Positions 51,401 to 61,765 of a stretch of 64,000 nt of DNA are shown here, one piece after another (the first letter of the stretch is position 1; every line of letters begins with the position of its first letter). A program made the position numbers and the translations under genes. The stretch lies in NCBI GenBank assembly GCA_951406725.2, contig OX597814.1, forward strand, positions 86,614,001-86,678,000. The letters run 5' to 3'. This DNA comes from Octopus vulgaris (Eukaryota). A model generated the notes under the pieces. That model was not told the origin of the DNA and searched no databases. It saw only the letters and a program-made list of their open reading frames with translations.

Positions 51401-54400
51401 ATATTGGAAATACATGATTACTTGGATGATAGTGATACTCATTCACAACTATGATGCAATATCAAAACAAGAAGACACAATCATATATTTATATATACTA
51501 ATGTACTGATATATAAGTGGGAGCAATAGGTCAATAATTCATTATCTTTATTAATTAAATTAGACTTAAATTTAAGAATTTCCAATGTTTCTATGAAGTA
51601 CAATATACTGCTACCCCAACTGCATTTGTATGGAAGTGCATCTCCTCAAAATTGAGTAATCAATATTTTTCTCTTTGAGATCTCAAATGAATTTAGCCAG
51701 TGTGATGTGGTGTGCCTTTCTCTTATATTTAAAGGATTGTATATGATTATGTTATCTAAGTTTGAATTTGGATTCTGTCACACCTGTTCTTGTGATTATA
51801 GTATATAAAACTACTGCAGCAAAATACAACATCCATTATGGGATATAGTTGAGCCTGTGTAAAGTCTACATAGCTTTGGGATTAGATGTGGCACTAATGG
51901 CTTTCATCATCATCCTCAACAATGACATTTAACATGTTTTTCATGCTGGCGTGGATTGGACAGCTTGACAAGAACAGGCCACTGGTTTCACCAGGTTCCA
52001 TAGACTGTTTTGGCTTGGTTTCCACAGCAGGGTGTTCTTCCTAATGCCAACCACTCTACAAAGTGTACTGGGTACTTTTTATATGGTACCAGCACCCACA
52101 TTTTACAATCTCAATTCTGTTGTGGTGTGTGGGTCTTCTCGAATTCAGCAATGTGTTATATTAGCATAGGTATGCAGTGCATTATATTAGTATAGATATG
52201 CAATGCATTTATGCTGCATTTTGAGTGTGCTGTGAATTTGTAGAAAATACATATGGTAGAGAAAGTATTTGGGGTAGAATGAGCATCTTGCTAAAAGTAG
52301 ATAAAAGCAAGCAGAATAAGACATTTTTCCCAAGGGTACCAGTCTATAGTAACTATGGTGTTTTCTTTGTTTTTGTTTCTTGACATAGTGAAGATGTTTC
52401 TGCATGTTACAGGTCTAGAGATATAAGTTCAGGTGAATTCTATAGTGTAAGACAAAGTAGAGATGACAAGGGAAGGAGAATCAAGGGATCAAGTTAGCTT
52501 GTGTTTGTGAGACAGTTCCTAGGTTGGAGGAGCGGGAATTTTTGTAGCAACAATAAAGAAAAGAATGAGAGTTCACAGCCATGTCAGTGGGTTCACAGTA
52601 ATAGTAGTAGTAGTAGTAGTGAGTGTAAGTGTTAAGTGCAGGTTTACTGAATAGTTGAGTGGGTTTCTTTTTTTTTTTCAATGCAACCTGTTGTTTGTCT
52701 ATGTAACAGCTGCTCTGTCTTAGATATAGGAGCAGTGCTCTAGTGTGACAAATAATTGTGCTTCATATAACCAGCAGCTGTTGTTTAGTTTCTGGCTCTG
52801 AAGAGAAAATGTCTCCTTTGACATGCTATAGCTATGTGGTCATCATGAGAAATCAGTAGTTAATATGAAGTATAGCATTTGTTAGGTTTGTGAAGGTTTT
52901 AGCTGTGACTTGTTCATAACCGAAAAGGGTATTTAATGCGTTTTGTTTAGGTGTATGTGTAGTGGCTTTGTTTTTTTTTTAATCTGTAGAAGTGGACCAG
53001 GTTGAAAGCCTCCTCCAGTGTGGAAGATGTTTTCAAAGTGCCTTTTCAATATCTAGCATGAAGTGTCTTGGTTACATGTCGATGGTATCCTTGTAAAAGA
53101 AGATATCACGGAGTGCAAGATGGTACTATATGCATAGGAATATATTTAATTAGGAGTGTCTAGTTAGTACAGCTAAGATATAATTATTTTGTTTTCTAGG
53201 CTTATAAAAATTATGCATGTATGTATATATGTATGTGCATAATTTTTATAAGAAAATGGTTAACAGCTGAAGTTCCAGCTAAGTTTTCTTTGTCAGACTG
53301 ATTGATGATGGTGACTGAACCAGGTCTTGCTTAACTTTTCCTTTTTAAAAATAAAATATATATTATACTCTTACTTAGTAATATTGAGTAAGCCTTCAAT
53401 CAGTGTTTGACTGTGTTTATACACACACACACACATACACATACATACAATAATAACTATATAATTATATATATGCTCCAATTAAATTGACATTATCTAA
53501 ACAATTGACTGGAAAATGATGAGGTAACCCAGGCTAGAATCGAACCCACATATCAACGTTTACATGGCTCCATGTGTATCCAATTGAGCCAGAACACTCA
53601 CTCATAAATTTCAGTCAAACTTTATGTATAGATACTTAAACTGTCTAGTACTACATATAATATTTGTAAGCATAGAGGCTTGACAAGTTATGGAGAAAGA
53701 GCAACTACACAAGTCTTTTTTATACAATAATAGCTATATAAAAATATATCATAATAATAATAATAATAATAATAATATATTTACTCTGATTAAAGTGACA
53801 TTATCTAAACAACTGACTGAAAATTAGGCGCAGGAGTGGGTGTGTGGTAAGTAGCTTGCTTACCAACCACATGGTTCTGGGTAAATTCCCACTGCATGGC
53901 ACCTTGGGCAAGTGTCTTCTACTATAGCCTTGGGGTGACCAAAGCCTTGTGAGTGGATTTGGTAGACGGAAACTGAAAGAAGCCCGTCGTGTATATGTAT
54001 GTGTGTTTATGTGTTTGTGTTTGTCCCCCTAACATCACTTGACAACTGATGGTGGTGTGTTTGCTTCCCTGTAACTTAGCGGTTCAGCAAAAGTGACCAA
54101 TAGAATAAGTACTAGGCTTACAAAGAATAAGTCTTGGGGTCGATTTGCTTGGCTAAAGGTGGTGCTTCAGCATGGCCACAGGCAAATGACTGAAACAAGT
54201 AAAAGAGCTAACTCAGGTTAGAATCAAACCCATATATCAACACTAACACAGCTTCACGTGCATCTGATGGTTAGTCAATTGTTTAGATAATGTCACTTTA
54301 ATCGGAGTATATATATATAATTATTATTATGTAGTTATTATTGTATAAAAACGTAACTTATCAAGCCTTCAGGTTTGTTTACAAATATATATGTATATAT

Positions 54401-55929
54401 ATATAACTTTCATTAGGTAAGAATATAAAAGCAGATGGAAAAACAAAAAAAGTTGATGCTTTATGGATGAAATCTTTTGAGATATTTGTTCTGTATTGAT
54501 TTACAGACACTGTCTTATCACTCTTGCCACCAAAAATACAGTGAACTAAAGATAGGCTCTTTAGAAACCTGTAATTAGTGATGCTGTTGTTCATATATAA
54601 CAATATAAAATATAAAGCAATTCCTCTAAAAAAAATTAAAGCATGTAGCAATTAGTACTTAGGTTCCATGTACATAAAAGACAAAACATAGAAGTGGTCA
54701 GTCAAGTGATTATTAGTAACCAATTTTAACTAAACACTATATAGTTCCTATGTGTTATGTTTTATTGTCATCATGGTACAAATAATCAGCAATTTCTTTT
54801 TGATGTCATTAATCTAACTGGCCTTTTATAATAACCTTATCACTAATTATAGTGCATAGTGTATGAGTATCTTTCAGAACTTAAGTTTTGCAGATGTTTG
54901 TTGAAAACCTTGCAAGACTTGTCATAAACCAGCTGTAACCATCTAAGCTGTTATAATGCTGTTATTGCAAACTACTCTTCTAAATGAGTAAATGAGGAGG
55001 GGTCTCCAGATAGTTTCTTGACCTGCTAAAAGTATCACCCAGATTTCCTTCAAGTCATACCTACTGTTTTAATAAGGAATAAGTTTGATAATTTAGTTGT
55101 GGCTTCCTTGCCCATAGAAAAATTGGTTGCAGTTGAAATGCAATAGTTACGCTGATGTTCTAGATGATTCAAACAAGTTATTAGGAGAAGCTGAGATAAG
55201 ATTGTTTATTGTGGGCTAGAGTTGGGTATAAATCTGGTGATTTGTGAGCAAACAGGTTAGTTCCAAAACAATGTAATTCTTGGAAATAAGTCTATTTAAA
55301 GTTGGTGTTGGTATCTCCTGCAGAAGTCATTTTTCTCTTTTTTTATATTTTCTCAGTGATTAGAAGATGTACTAGTAATACACAATGGTTGACACAATGA
55401 AGTGTACACTTGTCATCTAATCAGAGGGCTTTGTTTTTTAGGTGTAGTCTAAGGGGAAGGGGTATTCTTGAACTCAAACATAAGAACAGTTGTATAGATA
55501 GATGTTCAGAAGAAATTTTATGCCAAGTAAAAGTATACTTCCTTTTCATTAGTTGTTGTTCATTAGGGTTATCATACCTTTCTTCTTGTTAAAACTAGGG
55601 CTTCATATAATTTTCTTTTTTCCTTTTTATTAATTTATTTTTTCTTTACTTTCAGTTTTGATTAACTCCAGATTTTTTTCTTTCTCCTAATTGTAATTCT
55701 CTTATACTCTTAAATGTCTTAATAGTAACAGCCTGTTCCTCTTAGTTGTTAGTTCCATTATTCAGTACTTAATTTTCATTTTGATTGCATCATTTATTTT
55801 ACTTCTCTTTTTAACAGGAGGGCCCACATGAAGGAATGTTTCGATGGTCTTCGTAACCAAATACCTCCTTCAGAGGACAAAAAGAACTCCAATCTAAGTA
55901 TTTTACGAAGTGCTCTTCGATATATACAG
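28862..55929 (+). CDS. MNT: Max-binding protein MNT orthologue (bHLH-Zip transcriptional repressor), 3'-partial; join(28862..28928,33003..33195,40639..40680,55818..55929)
   Basis: Four exons with canonical GT/AG ends and compatible phases (1,2,2,0) translate to MSLETLLAAADYVEWKSRAKAR-GEDIDQAK...(P14)...DKRRAGG-AGTREVHNKLEKNR-RAHMKECFDGLRNQIPPSEDKKNSNLSILRSALRYIQ. This matches the MNT SID (MSIETLLEAA-like) and the MNT basic-HLH (GTREVHNKLEKNRRAHLKECF...SNLS.LR.ALRYIQ). No leucine-zipper exon was found before 64000. Confidence 0.95.
33003..33195 (+). CDS. MNT: MNT coding exon 2 (Pro/Ser-rich linker)
   Basis: Long polypyrimidine tract ending in GCAG at 33002; 193 nt in frame; donor GG|GTAAGT at 33196; overlaps ORF 32918..33199. 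Confidence 0.92.
33335..33719 (+). mobile_element. Bipartite SINE (MNT intron 2)
   Basis: CACATGGTTCTGGGTTCAG...ATGACTGAAACAAGTAAAAGATAA. Confidence 0.8.
34623..34985 (+). mobile_element. Bipartite SINE
   Basis: Same family head and tail motifs. Confidence 0.8.
37000..37219. mobile_element. piggyBac-like MITE
   Basis: TTAA-CTCATTAGCATT ... AATACTAAAGGG-TTAA; related copy ~41370-41540. Confidence 0.6.
38300..39191 (-). mobile_element. Degenerate Tc1/mariner transposon
   Basis: HYWALENLRELHSPKVMVWC...PYFFE...VNSEHYIEMINNFFMPEL and WFQQDGVMAHTAR motifs (ORFs 38450..38665, 38672..38887); ends CCTG-TA. Confidence 0.85.
39453..39658. mobile_element. piggyBac-like MITE
   Basis: TTAA-CCCTTTTGTTACC ... 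GGTATCAAAAGGG-TTAA. Confidence 0.8.
40639..40680 (+). CDS. MNT: MNT coding exon 3 (basic region, 42-nt micro-exon)
   Basis: TTTCAG|G GCT GGA ACA CGT GAG GTT CAC AAC AAA TTG GAA AAA AAT AG|GTAATA = AGTREVHNKLEKN(R). Confidence 0.95.
42470..43570 (-). mobile_element. Degenerate mariner (DD34D-type) element
   Basis: TIR-like GTTGGGAAGAAAGTAATTT / AAATTACTTTCCTGCCAATCCAATA; HDNAR...WEVMSHPQYSPDLAP..YYLFRSLQNSL C-terminal motifs. Confidence 0.85.
44900..47780 (-). mobile_element. Degenerate CR1-like LINE (ORF1 Cys/His region, APE endonuclease, RT)
   Basis: NISGL...ALTKMHL...DAEIHIPKY, MGDFNLP, PTKENNILDLCFTN, PIHKRGSR..KNYR.I.LT..ISKIME, VDVIYLDFAKAFDKV, PQDTVLGPLLF, SYADDTK in order; VCKLYLCGVCRHG upstream. 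Confidence 0.9.
48055..48452 (-). mobile_element. Bipartite SINE
   Basis: Full reverse-complement copy of the family. Confidence 0.88.
48467..49378 (-). mobile_element. Internally deleted mariner element
   Basis: TIRs GAAGTGGTATCAAAAATTTTCTGGACTAGTT / AACTAGTCCAGGAACTTTTTGATACCACTTC; HQEFIPQDQIVNEEFYCDILK...WILHDDNA and YSPNLAPADFHLF motifs. Confidence 0.9.
48701..50096. repeat. 698-bp head-to-tail tandem duplication
   Basis: 48701-49398 repeated at 49399-50096; one substitution seen (TTCTTCATTG / TTCTTGATTG). Confidence 0.95.
50150..50912 (+). mobile_element. (GAT)n-tailed retroposon with internal tandem array
   Basis: Repeated TTTTGAGTGTTGGGCCTCA.GGAGGCAATG units and the family 3' end CCATGCTAGCATGG...GTTAAATGATAATGATGATG. 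Confidence 0.8.
51108..51145 (-). ncRNA. Minimal hammerhead-like motif, variant core
   Basis: Reverse strand UCUUU-CUGUCGA-A-GAGC(GUAA)GCUU-GAAAUGUA-AAAGA: perfect 5-bp stem I and GNRA-capped stem II, non-canonical CUGUCGA core; inside an insert between TA tracts. Confidence 0.5.
52480..53130 (-). mobile_element. Degenerate LINE RT C-terminal remnant
   Basis: FLFRARN..QQLLVIYEAQLFVTLEHCSYI-like peptide; same family as 62650-63500. Confidence 0.55.
53827..54207 (+). mobile_element. Well-preserved bipartite tRNA-like SINE
   Basis: GGCGCAGGAGTGGGTGTGTGGTAAG head with A/B-box-like motifs, central TG/TA tract, tail AAATGACTGAAACAAGTAAAAGAG; more than 15 related copies or half-copies in the window. 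Confidence 0.9.
55818..55929 (+). CDS. MNT: MNT coding exon 4 (helix-loop-helix)
   Basis: Pyrimidine tract + AACAG acceptor; RAHMKECFDGLRNQIPPSEDKKNSNLSILRSALRYIQ; donor CAG|GTAATT; 112 nt. Confidence 0.95.
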
Positions 55930-55979
55930 GTAATTCATTCCTATACATTAATGTTGAATGGGAGGCATGCCACTTATAT

Positions 55980-56292
55980 CATCATCATCATCGTTTAACG
56001 TCCATTCTCCATGCTAGCATGGGTTGGATGGTTCGACTGGGGATCTGGGAAGCCAGAAGGCTGCACCAGGCTCCGGTCTTATCTGGCAATGTTTCTACAG
56101 CTGGATGCCTTTCCTAACGCCAACACCTCCGTGAGTGTAGTGGGTGCTTTTTACGTGCCACCTGCACTGGTGCCAGGCAAGGCTGGCATTGGCCAAGGTC
56201 GGATTGGTGCATTTTACGTGCCACCTGCACGGAAGCCAGTCGAGGCAGCACTAGCTTCGGCCACGATTCGGATGGTGCTTTTTACGTGCCAC
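55980..56292 (-). mobile_element. (GAT)n-tailed retroposon just downstream of MNT exon 4
   Basis: CATCATCATCGTTTAACGTCCATTCTCCATGCTAGCATGGGTTGG. Confidence 0.8.
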
Positions 56293-56299
56293 GTTAAAA

Positions 56300-57350
56300 G
56301 TATTGGTTTATAAGGCAAATTTTTACAACTAAGCTTGTAGTAACTTGCAAGAAAAGTAGTAAACCATTTTTGATCATGGGCGAGAGTTTGTTGAAATGAA
56401 ATCCATCTGCCTGATTCACAAACCTTCCCTTTGTGAACATTTCTCTGGATTCTTGTTCCTTTACTTGGCACGGCATATTTTGAATCATTGGCATACTTAA
56501 CTGAATTCAGAAGAAACCTTTTCTCTTGCAGAAAATTTTGAATCATTAACCTATTATTTACTCTTTTTGAATCTCTTACTGCTGAGATATTGGGTTTTGC
56601 TTTCCAGAACTTGTGAGATACATTCATTCATCATCATCATCGACTTCTTCATTTGAATTTATGTAATGTTGTATTTCTTTCATTAAACTCTGTGATAAAC
56701 GTTATATGCAATTCTTCATTCCAAGACTGCCTATCACTGTTTGAAACTTCTCTCTTATATGTACCAATTTCTTTTAATCACTATTATCATCAGTAAAAAA
56801 TATTTTGGGCTGTTAACCTCATTTTTCTCTCTTTCTCCTATTCATTCTCTTCATTTAGCAACCTTTCATAGTGGCGTATCAAAGTCTCTCTCCTTGTAGC
56901 CACATTAAATGCAAGTGAGCCGTCATCCATGTGGACACATTTCTCTCCTATGACATCACAATTCTCTCTCACAAATTTTCTCTAGATTGTTTGGCATAAA
57001 ATGATGTCTGTGCAAACTATATTTTACCATTAACTCCATGACATAAGAATTGTTGGAGACATTTTTCACAGTTCAATGTTCCTACCAACTTCAGTCACTG
57101 AGTTATCTAGTGAAAATAAAATTTTCGATATCATCGTTTTTGTATTTGCTTTTCCCTCTATGCCCTTTCTGCCTAAGAGGCTGGTCACCTTTGCAACACT
57201 AAATGTTTGTTTTTGAATACTGTTTGTAATGATTTTGTTATTTCTCTGGAAATGTATTCTATAGTAGTTTCCTGTTGCCTTAAGAATTTTGTTTTCTTTA
57301 TGGGAGCATAAAAGAGGGATGTGACTTTTCCTGTTTTTCTCAAGAGCATT
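56300..57350 (-). mobile_element. Highly degenerate PLE-like reverse transcriptase remnant
   Basis: Weak similarity to PLE RT motifs in order (S.VTEV..NIEL; IGSLG; EVDD; NVHKGKVCESGRWISF..LSPMIKNG). Confidence 0.4.
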
Positions 57351-59181
57351 AGTGACTTCAGTGAAATAATTAAAGCTGAACAAAAAGCTGATGATATGCA
57401 GTTCTGACATGTCAGCTATTGTTTATTACCAGAACATGTCACAATGGAGCATTGTGACAGGAAATGGCAGCTTACTTTGCTCAGAAGTTCTCATGTCAGG
57501 CTTTGTTAAAAATGTTATTGATATCAAGGACAACATCAATTTTGCTGAAGTTGTCAAAGATGAGAGATCATTGATGCATGACTTATTCCTCCAACAGTCT
57601 GGCTTTTTAAAAGCTATATTGATGGTTACTGAAGAGGGAGAAATGATTAAACATGAAGGAGAATTTAGCTATATTAATGATGGTTAACATGTTTAAGATG
57701 TAGGGTGGGAACATGATACGTTGATAGTAAGTCTTCATAAATAGGAGAAAAAGATTGAAAAGTTTGTTAAAGATATGAGCTATCTCTGGAGCATGCTATC
57801 TGTAGGCAATGAAAACGATACTGTTGGAACCAATCACCTTGTTGATTTGCTGTGATCAGAGAAGTTTTCACATGTGTTCATTGTTTGTATGGAGGTGGAG
57901 GAGAATTTAGGAGTTTTGTTGTGTGAATGTAGTGTTAAAAGCATAAATAGTGGCTTTAGTGGCAAGAGTGCTACTTATAGAACCATTTTAGTTGAGAGTA
58001 CTAAGTACTGGAATTCTGAAAAGATGGTAAAGATCTTGGCAATGGCCTAGAAAGCTCTTCTGCAGTTTGAGAGATGAGAGCACAGAGGGATTCTTTCACA
58101 TTTGCATGTGTTGTCATTGTTTGTAAATGACTTCCAGTTGATGGCACTGGGTACATCATCTAGGTGTTGAATGCAGTATTCTTAGGTTGTACACTGATGC
58201 AGTGCATGGTTGTATGAAGAACGTAGAGAAACATATTAAGACAGCTGTCTCAGGAGGGTGTGCAGTGAACCTCATTTGCTGTCAAGAGTAGTCAGCCTAG
58301 AATTTGTATAGCCCTGAGCAGTTTACTGGCTCAGAGGGAGTGTTTTGCAGTGGGAATATGTGAGATGTATTGCTTTGATTAGGCTGTGTTTAGACAATCT
58401 GATGGGACAGTAGTAGGAAGAGGAGGAGGAATAAAGGATGGTGATAAGTATGAGAAAGAGATAAACAAATTATTTGGAGTGTCAGTGTGTCAAATGTAGC
58501 TATGAGAAAGATAGAATTTCTCTGTGCCACTGTTGGATGTCACAACTATGAAGTTGTGTGCGTTAAAACCAGCAAGTACAGATGAAGTGAGATAGATGTC
58601 AGTGCAAGAATAGCTACTGATTGTTAGAAGAATTGGATGGAAAGTAGTTGAGGCAGCAGATGAGATTGATAAGGAAGAGAGATTGAGCTAAAATTTTTCA
58701 TTTTTCCTGATTTCAAGATCAGTAGTGACTCTATGTATGCACATATGCTACCATTTAAAACGAAGCATGTATGCTACCATTTAACCTGAACAGCTGAGAT
58801 GGCTTAGATATTTAGCGAGATTAATTTCTGATCTAGTTTGCATGATGTAAATGTAGAAGATGGCAAATTGTCCAGTGGCTACTACTTCTGCTGTCACTGC
58901 ACCCTTTAATAATCTTCTTCGTGAGCCTTACAGGTCTGGTTAATTGGCGTATTCGTTTTATAAATATTTTTATCTCTTTACTGATATGAATTGGACAGTG
59001 CTGTAAATTTGGGATATTTACATAAGAATTGTTGGAGACATTTTTCACAGTTCAATGTTCCTACCAACATCAGTCACTGAAATTAAAACGGACAACTATT
59101 TTCCAGATTTACAGTTGTCACTAGTGTCTTGTTTGATTGTACAATGAAACATATCAGATAGAATTTTAACTTTAGATTCTT

Positions 59182-59212
<31 letters not shown>

Positions 59213-59366
59213 CATACATACATACATATATATTCCCTTGTTCGAAGGTTATATGGATACAGTTTGTGTATCAAATAGCTAACTTAAGGCGATGGCCTCA
59301 TGGAGCTAATAAGCGGACAGCTTTATTCTTATTTTTATAAGAATGCCATATTAGTATGACGATAAC

Positions 59367-59422
<56 letters not shown>

Positions 59423-59424
<2 letters not shown>

Positions 59425-59550
59425 ATTATATAGAAGGAGCTTCTACAGGACTAGAACTGTTTCATTCAAAAGAAATCATCAGAATGCTTCCTGATGATTT
59501 CTTTTGAATGAAACAGTTCTAGTCCTGTAGAAGCTCCTTCTATATAATAA
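59423..59550. repeat. Perfect 60-bp-arm palindrome in a (TA)n-embedded insert (to ~59620)
   Basis: Arms 59423-59482 and 59491-59550, 8-nt spacer AATGCTTC; (TA)n on both flanks of the insert. Confidence 0.95.
59486..59534 (+). ncRNA. Type I hammerhead ribozyme motif in MNT intron 4 (sense)
   Basis: GCUUC-CUGAUGA-UUUC(UUUU)GAAU-GAA-ACAG(UUCUAGUC)CUGU-A-GAAGC: 5-bp stem I, 4-bp stem III, GUA cleavage site at 59527-59529, U.U at the base of stem II. Confidence 0.8.
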
Positions 59551-61011
59551 ATTAATTTACTCTGCTATGTATTGAGTACCTTATTTATTGTGGTTAACCC
59601 CGACTCAACCCGGGACCTACATATATATATATATAGTGCATTTCCGCCAGGATTAACCGTCTAATTTACCTAAGGATGTCGCCTATTGTTGTGTTATTAT
59701 TACTTTACTGGGTTATGTTACGTTCCCTTCTTGATATTAGCAATAAAAAGAAAGAAGACTAAGGTTATTCTCTGCTCATTCTTTCTTCCTCTATTCCACA
59801 ATACTTTTTTTAGATAGCATTTATAGTATAACCTTATCTTTATTTTGTACTGTCACATTATGGCTTTCAGGTTAAGTCTGGACACTCGTGTCACCTTCAA
59901 GATACTTAGACGATGGCAGAATCAGCAGAGCGCTTGGCAAAACATTTAGCGTCATAATGTCATGTCACTTTATGTTTAGAGTTCAAATCCCACCCAAGTT
60001 TACTTCTATCGTTCATTCTTTCGACATCGGTAAAATAAGTACTGCTGTCCTAACCGACTAGAAGGTTACGTCCTACCATGGACAGTTAGTTCATTGACTG
60101 AATTTGTTATTACTATAACGAAGAGGATTTTTTTCTCTAGCAATAGTTGTGATGTGTGCCTTCTACTTAGCTAGACTTTTCTGTTGCACATTTACATGTT
60201 TTAAAATCAATATCTAGCAGTAATAAAGGCATGTTCATACGTAGTTTTCAAATAGTTCCCTTCGAATTTTAAATAAAATGTCATTTTTTTCTCTTGAAAA
60301 TACAGTCAATCTTTACTATTTAGTTTTTATTTTATAAATGTAACTGTTATAGTTTTATTTCCTTTCTCATTTAATGTTTTAATAATAAAATGAGAATAAA
60401 GATCTAATTAGTGAAAAGTATAAATCAATAATGATTATGAAAAGCAACACATTTTTGTAGCTAACTACAGTGATTTTCTTTTTGTGCGCGTGTGTTAATT
60501 GAGCTAGTCGTGTCTTACGTTTTCTCGCTTGCGCCATTTTCATATACAGATTGTATTTAATGCTTTCTGTCTGTAAAGACGGTATTTCTGTATTAGGTGT
60601 ATATTTGATTCAACATAGAGCATGTTTAAACGTTTACCGAAGACTGCTTCAGATTACTTCGTTTCAATGTATTCATAGATGCAAGTCTGCACTGCCATCT
60701 TACCTTCATTAATAAACGCATTCGTGAGTTAAATTTAAAGGGAAAGAAAGTATCGAGCAATGTGAATATTAAACTAAATAGTATTTCAAGTTATCTTTTG
60801 TAACTGCCTATCTATAGACGCGATGTTTAATTTCGCTATACATCAAAATGTTACGAAAAGATGAAATGACAAACAAGATGTGCCATCGTTTTCAAATGTG
60901 AAAACGCTAATTTGCAAATGTTATTGTTTATATAAGTTACAGTTGCCCTAAAGTTTATATTCGAAGTTTGCGTAGAGTAAAGTTGACAGTTGGATTTATT
61001 ATTTTGAAATT

Positions 61012-61332
61012 ATACGGAGATTCCTAACCCTAGCTACAAAAATTTTTGGAAATGTTTTTCAGAATCATAATCTCCGTATTTTCCCGCATATTGGGGGGGG
61101 GGGGCTCTGAAAAATGTCTAACAGAAATGGGGGTGTGGGGTGGGGTTCAAAATGCCGATTTTTGCCAATTTGTTTGCAGGTGGCAAAAATCGGCATTTTG
61201 AACCATCCCCACCCCAATTTCTTTTAGACTTTTTTCAGACCCCCCCCCCCCCCAATATGCGGAAAAATACGGAGATTATGATTCTGAAAAACATTTCCAA
61301 AATTTTTGTAGCTAGGGTTAGGAATCTCCGTA
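61012..61332. mobile_element. Foldback/MITE-like palindrome
   Basis: Arms ~61012-61168 and ~61181-61332 (TACGGAGATTCCTAACCCTAGCTACAAAAA / TTTTTGTAGCTAGGGTTAGGAATCTCCGTA). Confidence 0.9.
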
Positions 61333-61409
61333 TCCGAAAACGGGGGCTTTTGGCAAAAAAAAAAAGAGAAAATGGTGGGAGGGGTGGTCTTTACGAAATT
61401 AGCATTGCT

Positions 61410-61765
61410 ATAGTCGCAAGTATGGTTGTATGGTGAGGTTTGCTTCTCAACCATATGGTTCTGGGTTCAGTCCTGCTGTGTGGCACTTTGGGCTATTGTC
61501 TTCTATCATATCTCCGGCCGACCAAAGCCTTATGTATATATGTTTATGTGTCTTTGTGTTTATGTTTGTCCTCTATCTCAACCAGTGTTGGTTGGTTTCT
61601 TTACGTCCCCGCGACATAGCGGTTCGACCAAAAAGACACATAGAATAAGTACCAAGCTTGAAAATAAATTCGGAGCGGGGTGCGATTCTTTGGACTAAAA
61701 GCACCCTTCGAGGTGGTTCACCAGGATATCTAATAGCTGAATCAACCAGTAAAAGGTAAAAGATA
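61410..61765 (+). mobile_element. Bipartite SINE
   Basis: Family motifs, retaining many CpGs. Confidence 0.8.

Noticed and set aside
58230-58300. GAGACAGCTGTC (minus strand) resembling a hammerhead stem III
   Set aside because: No matching CUGANGA or stems I/II found
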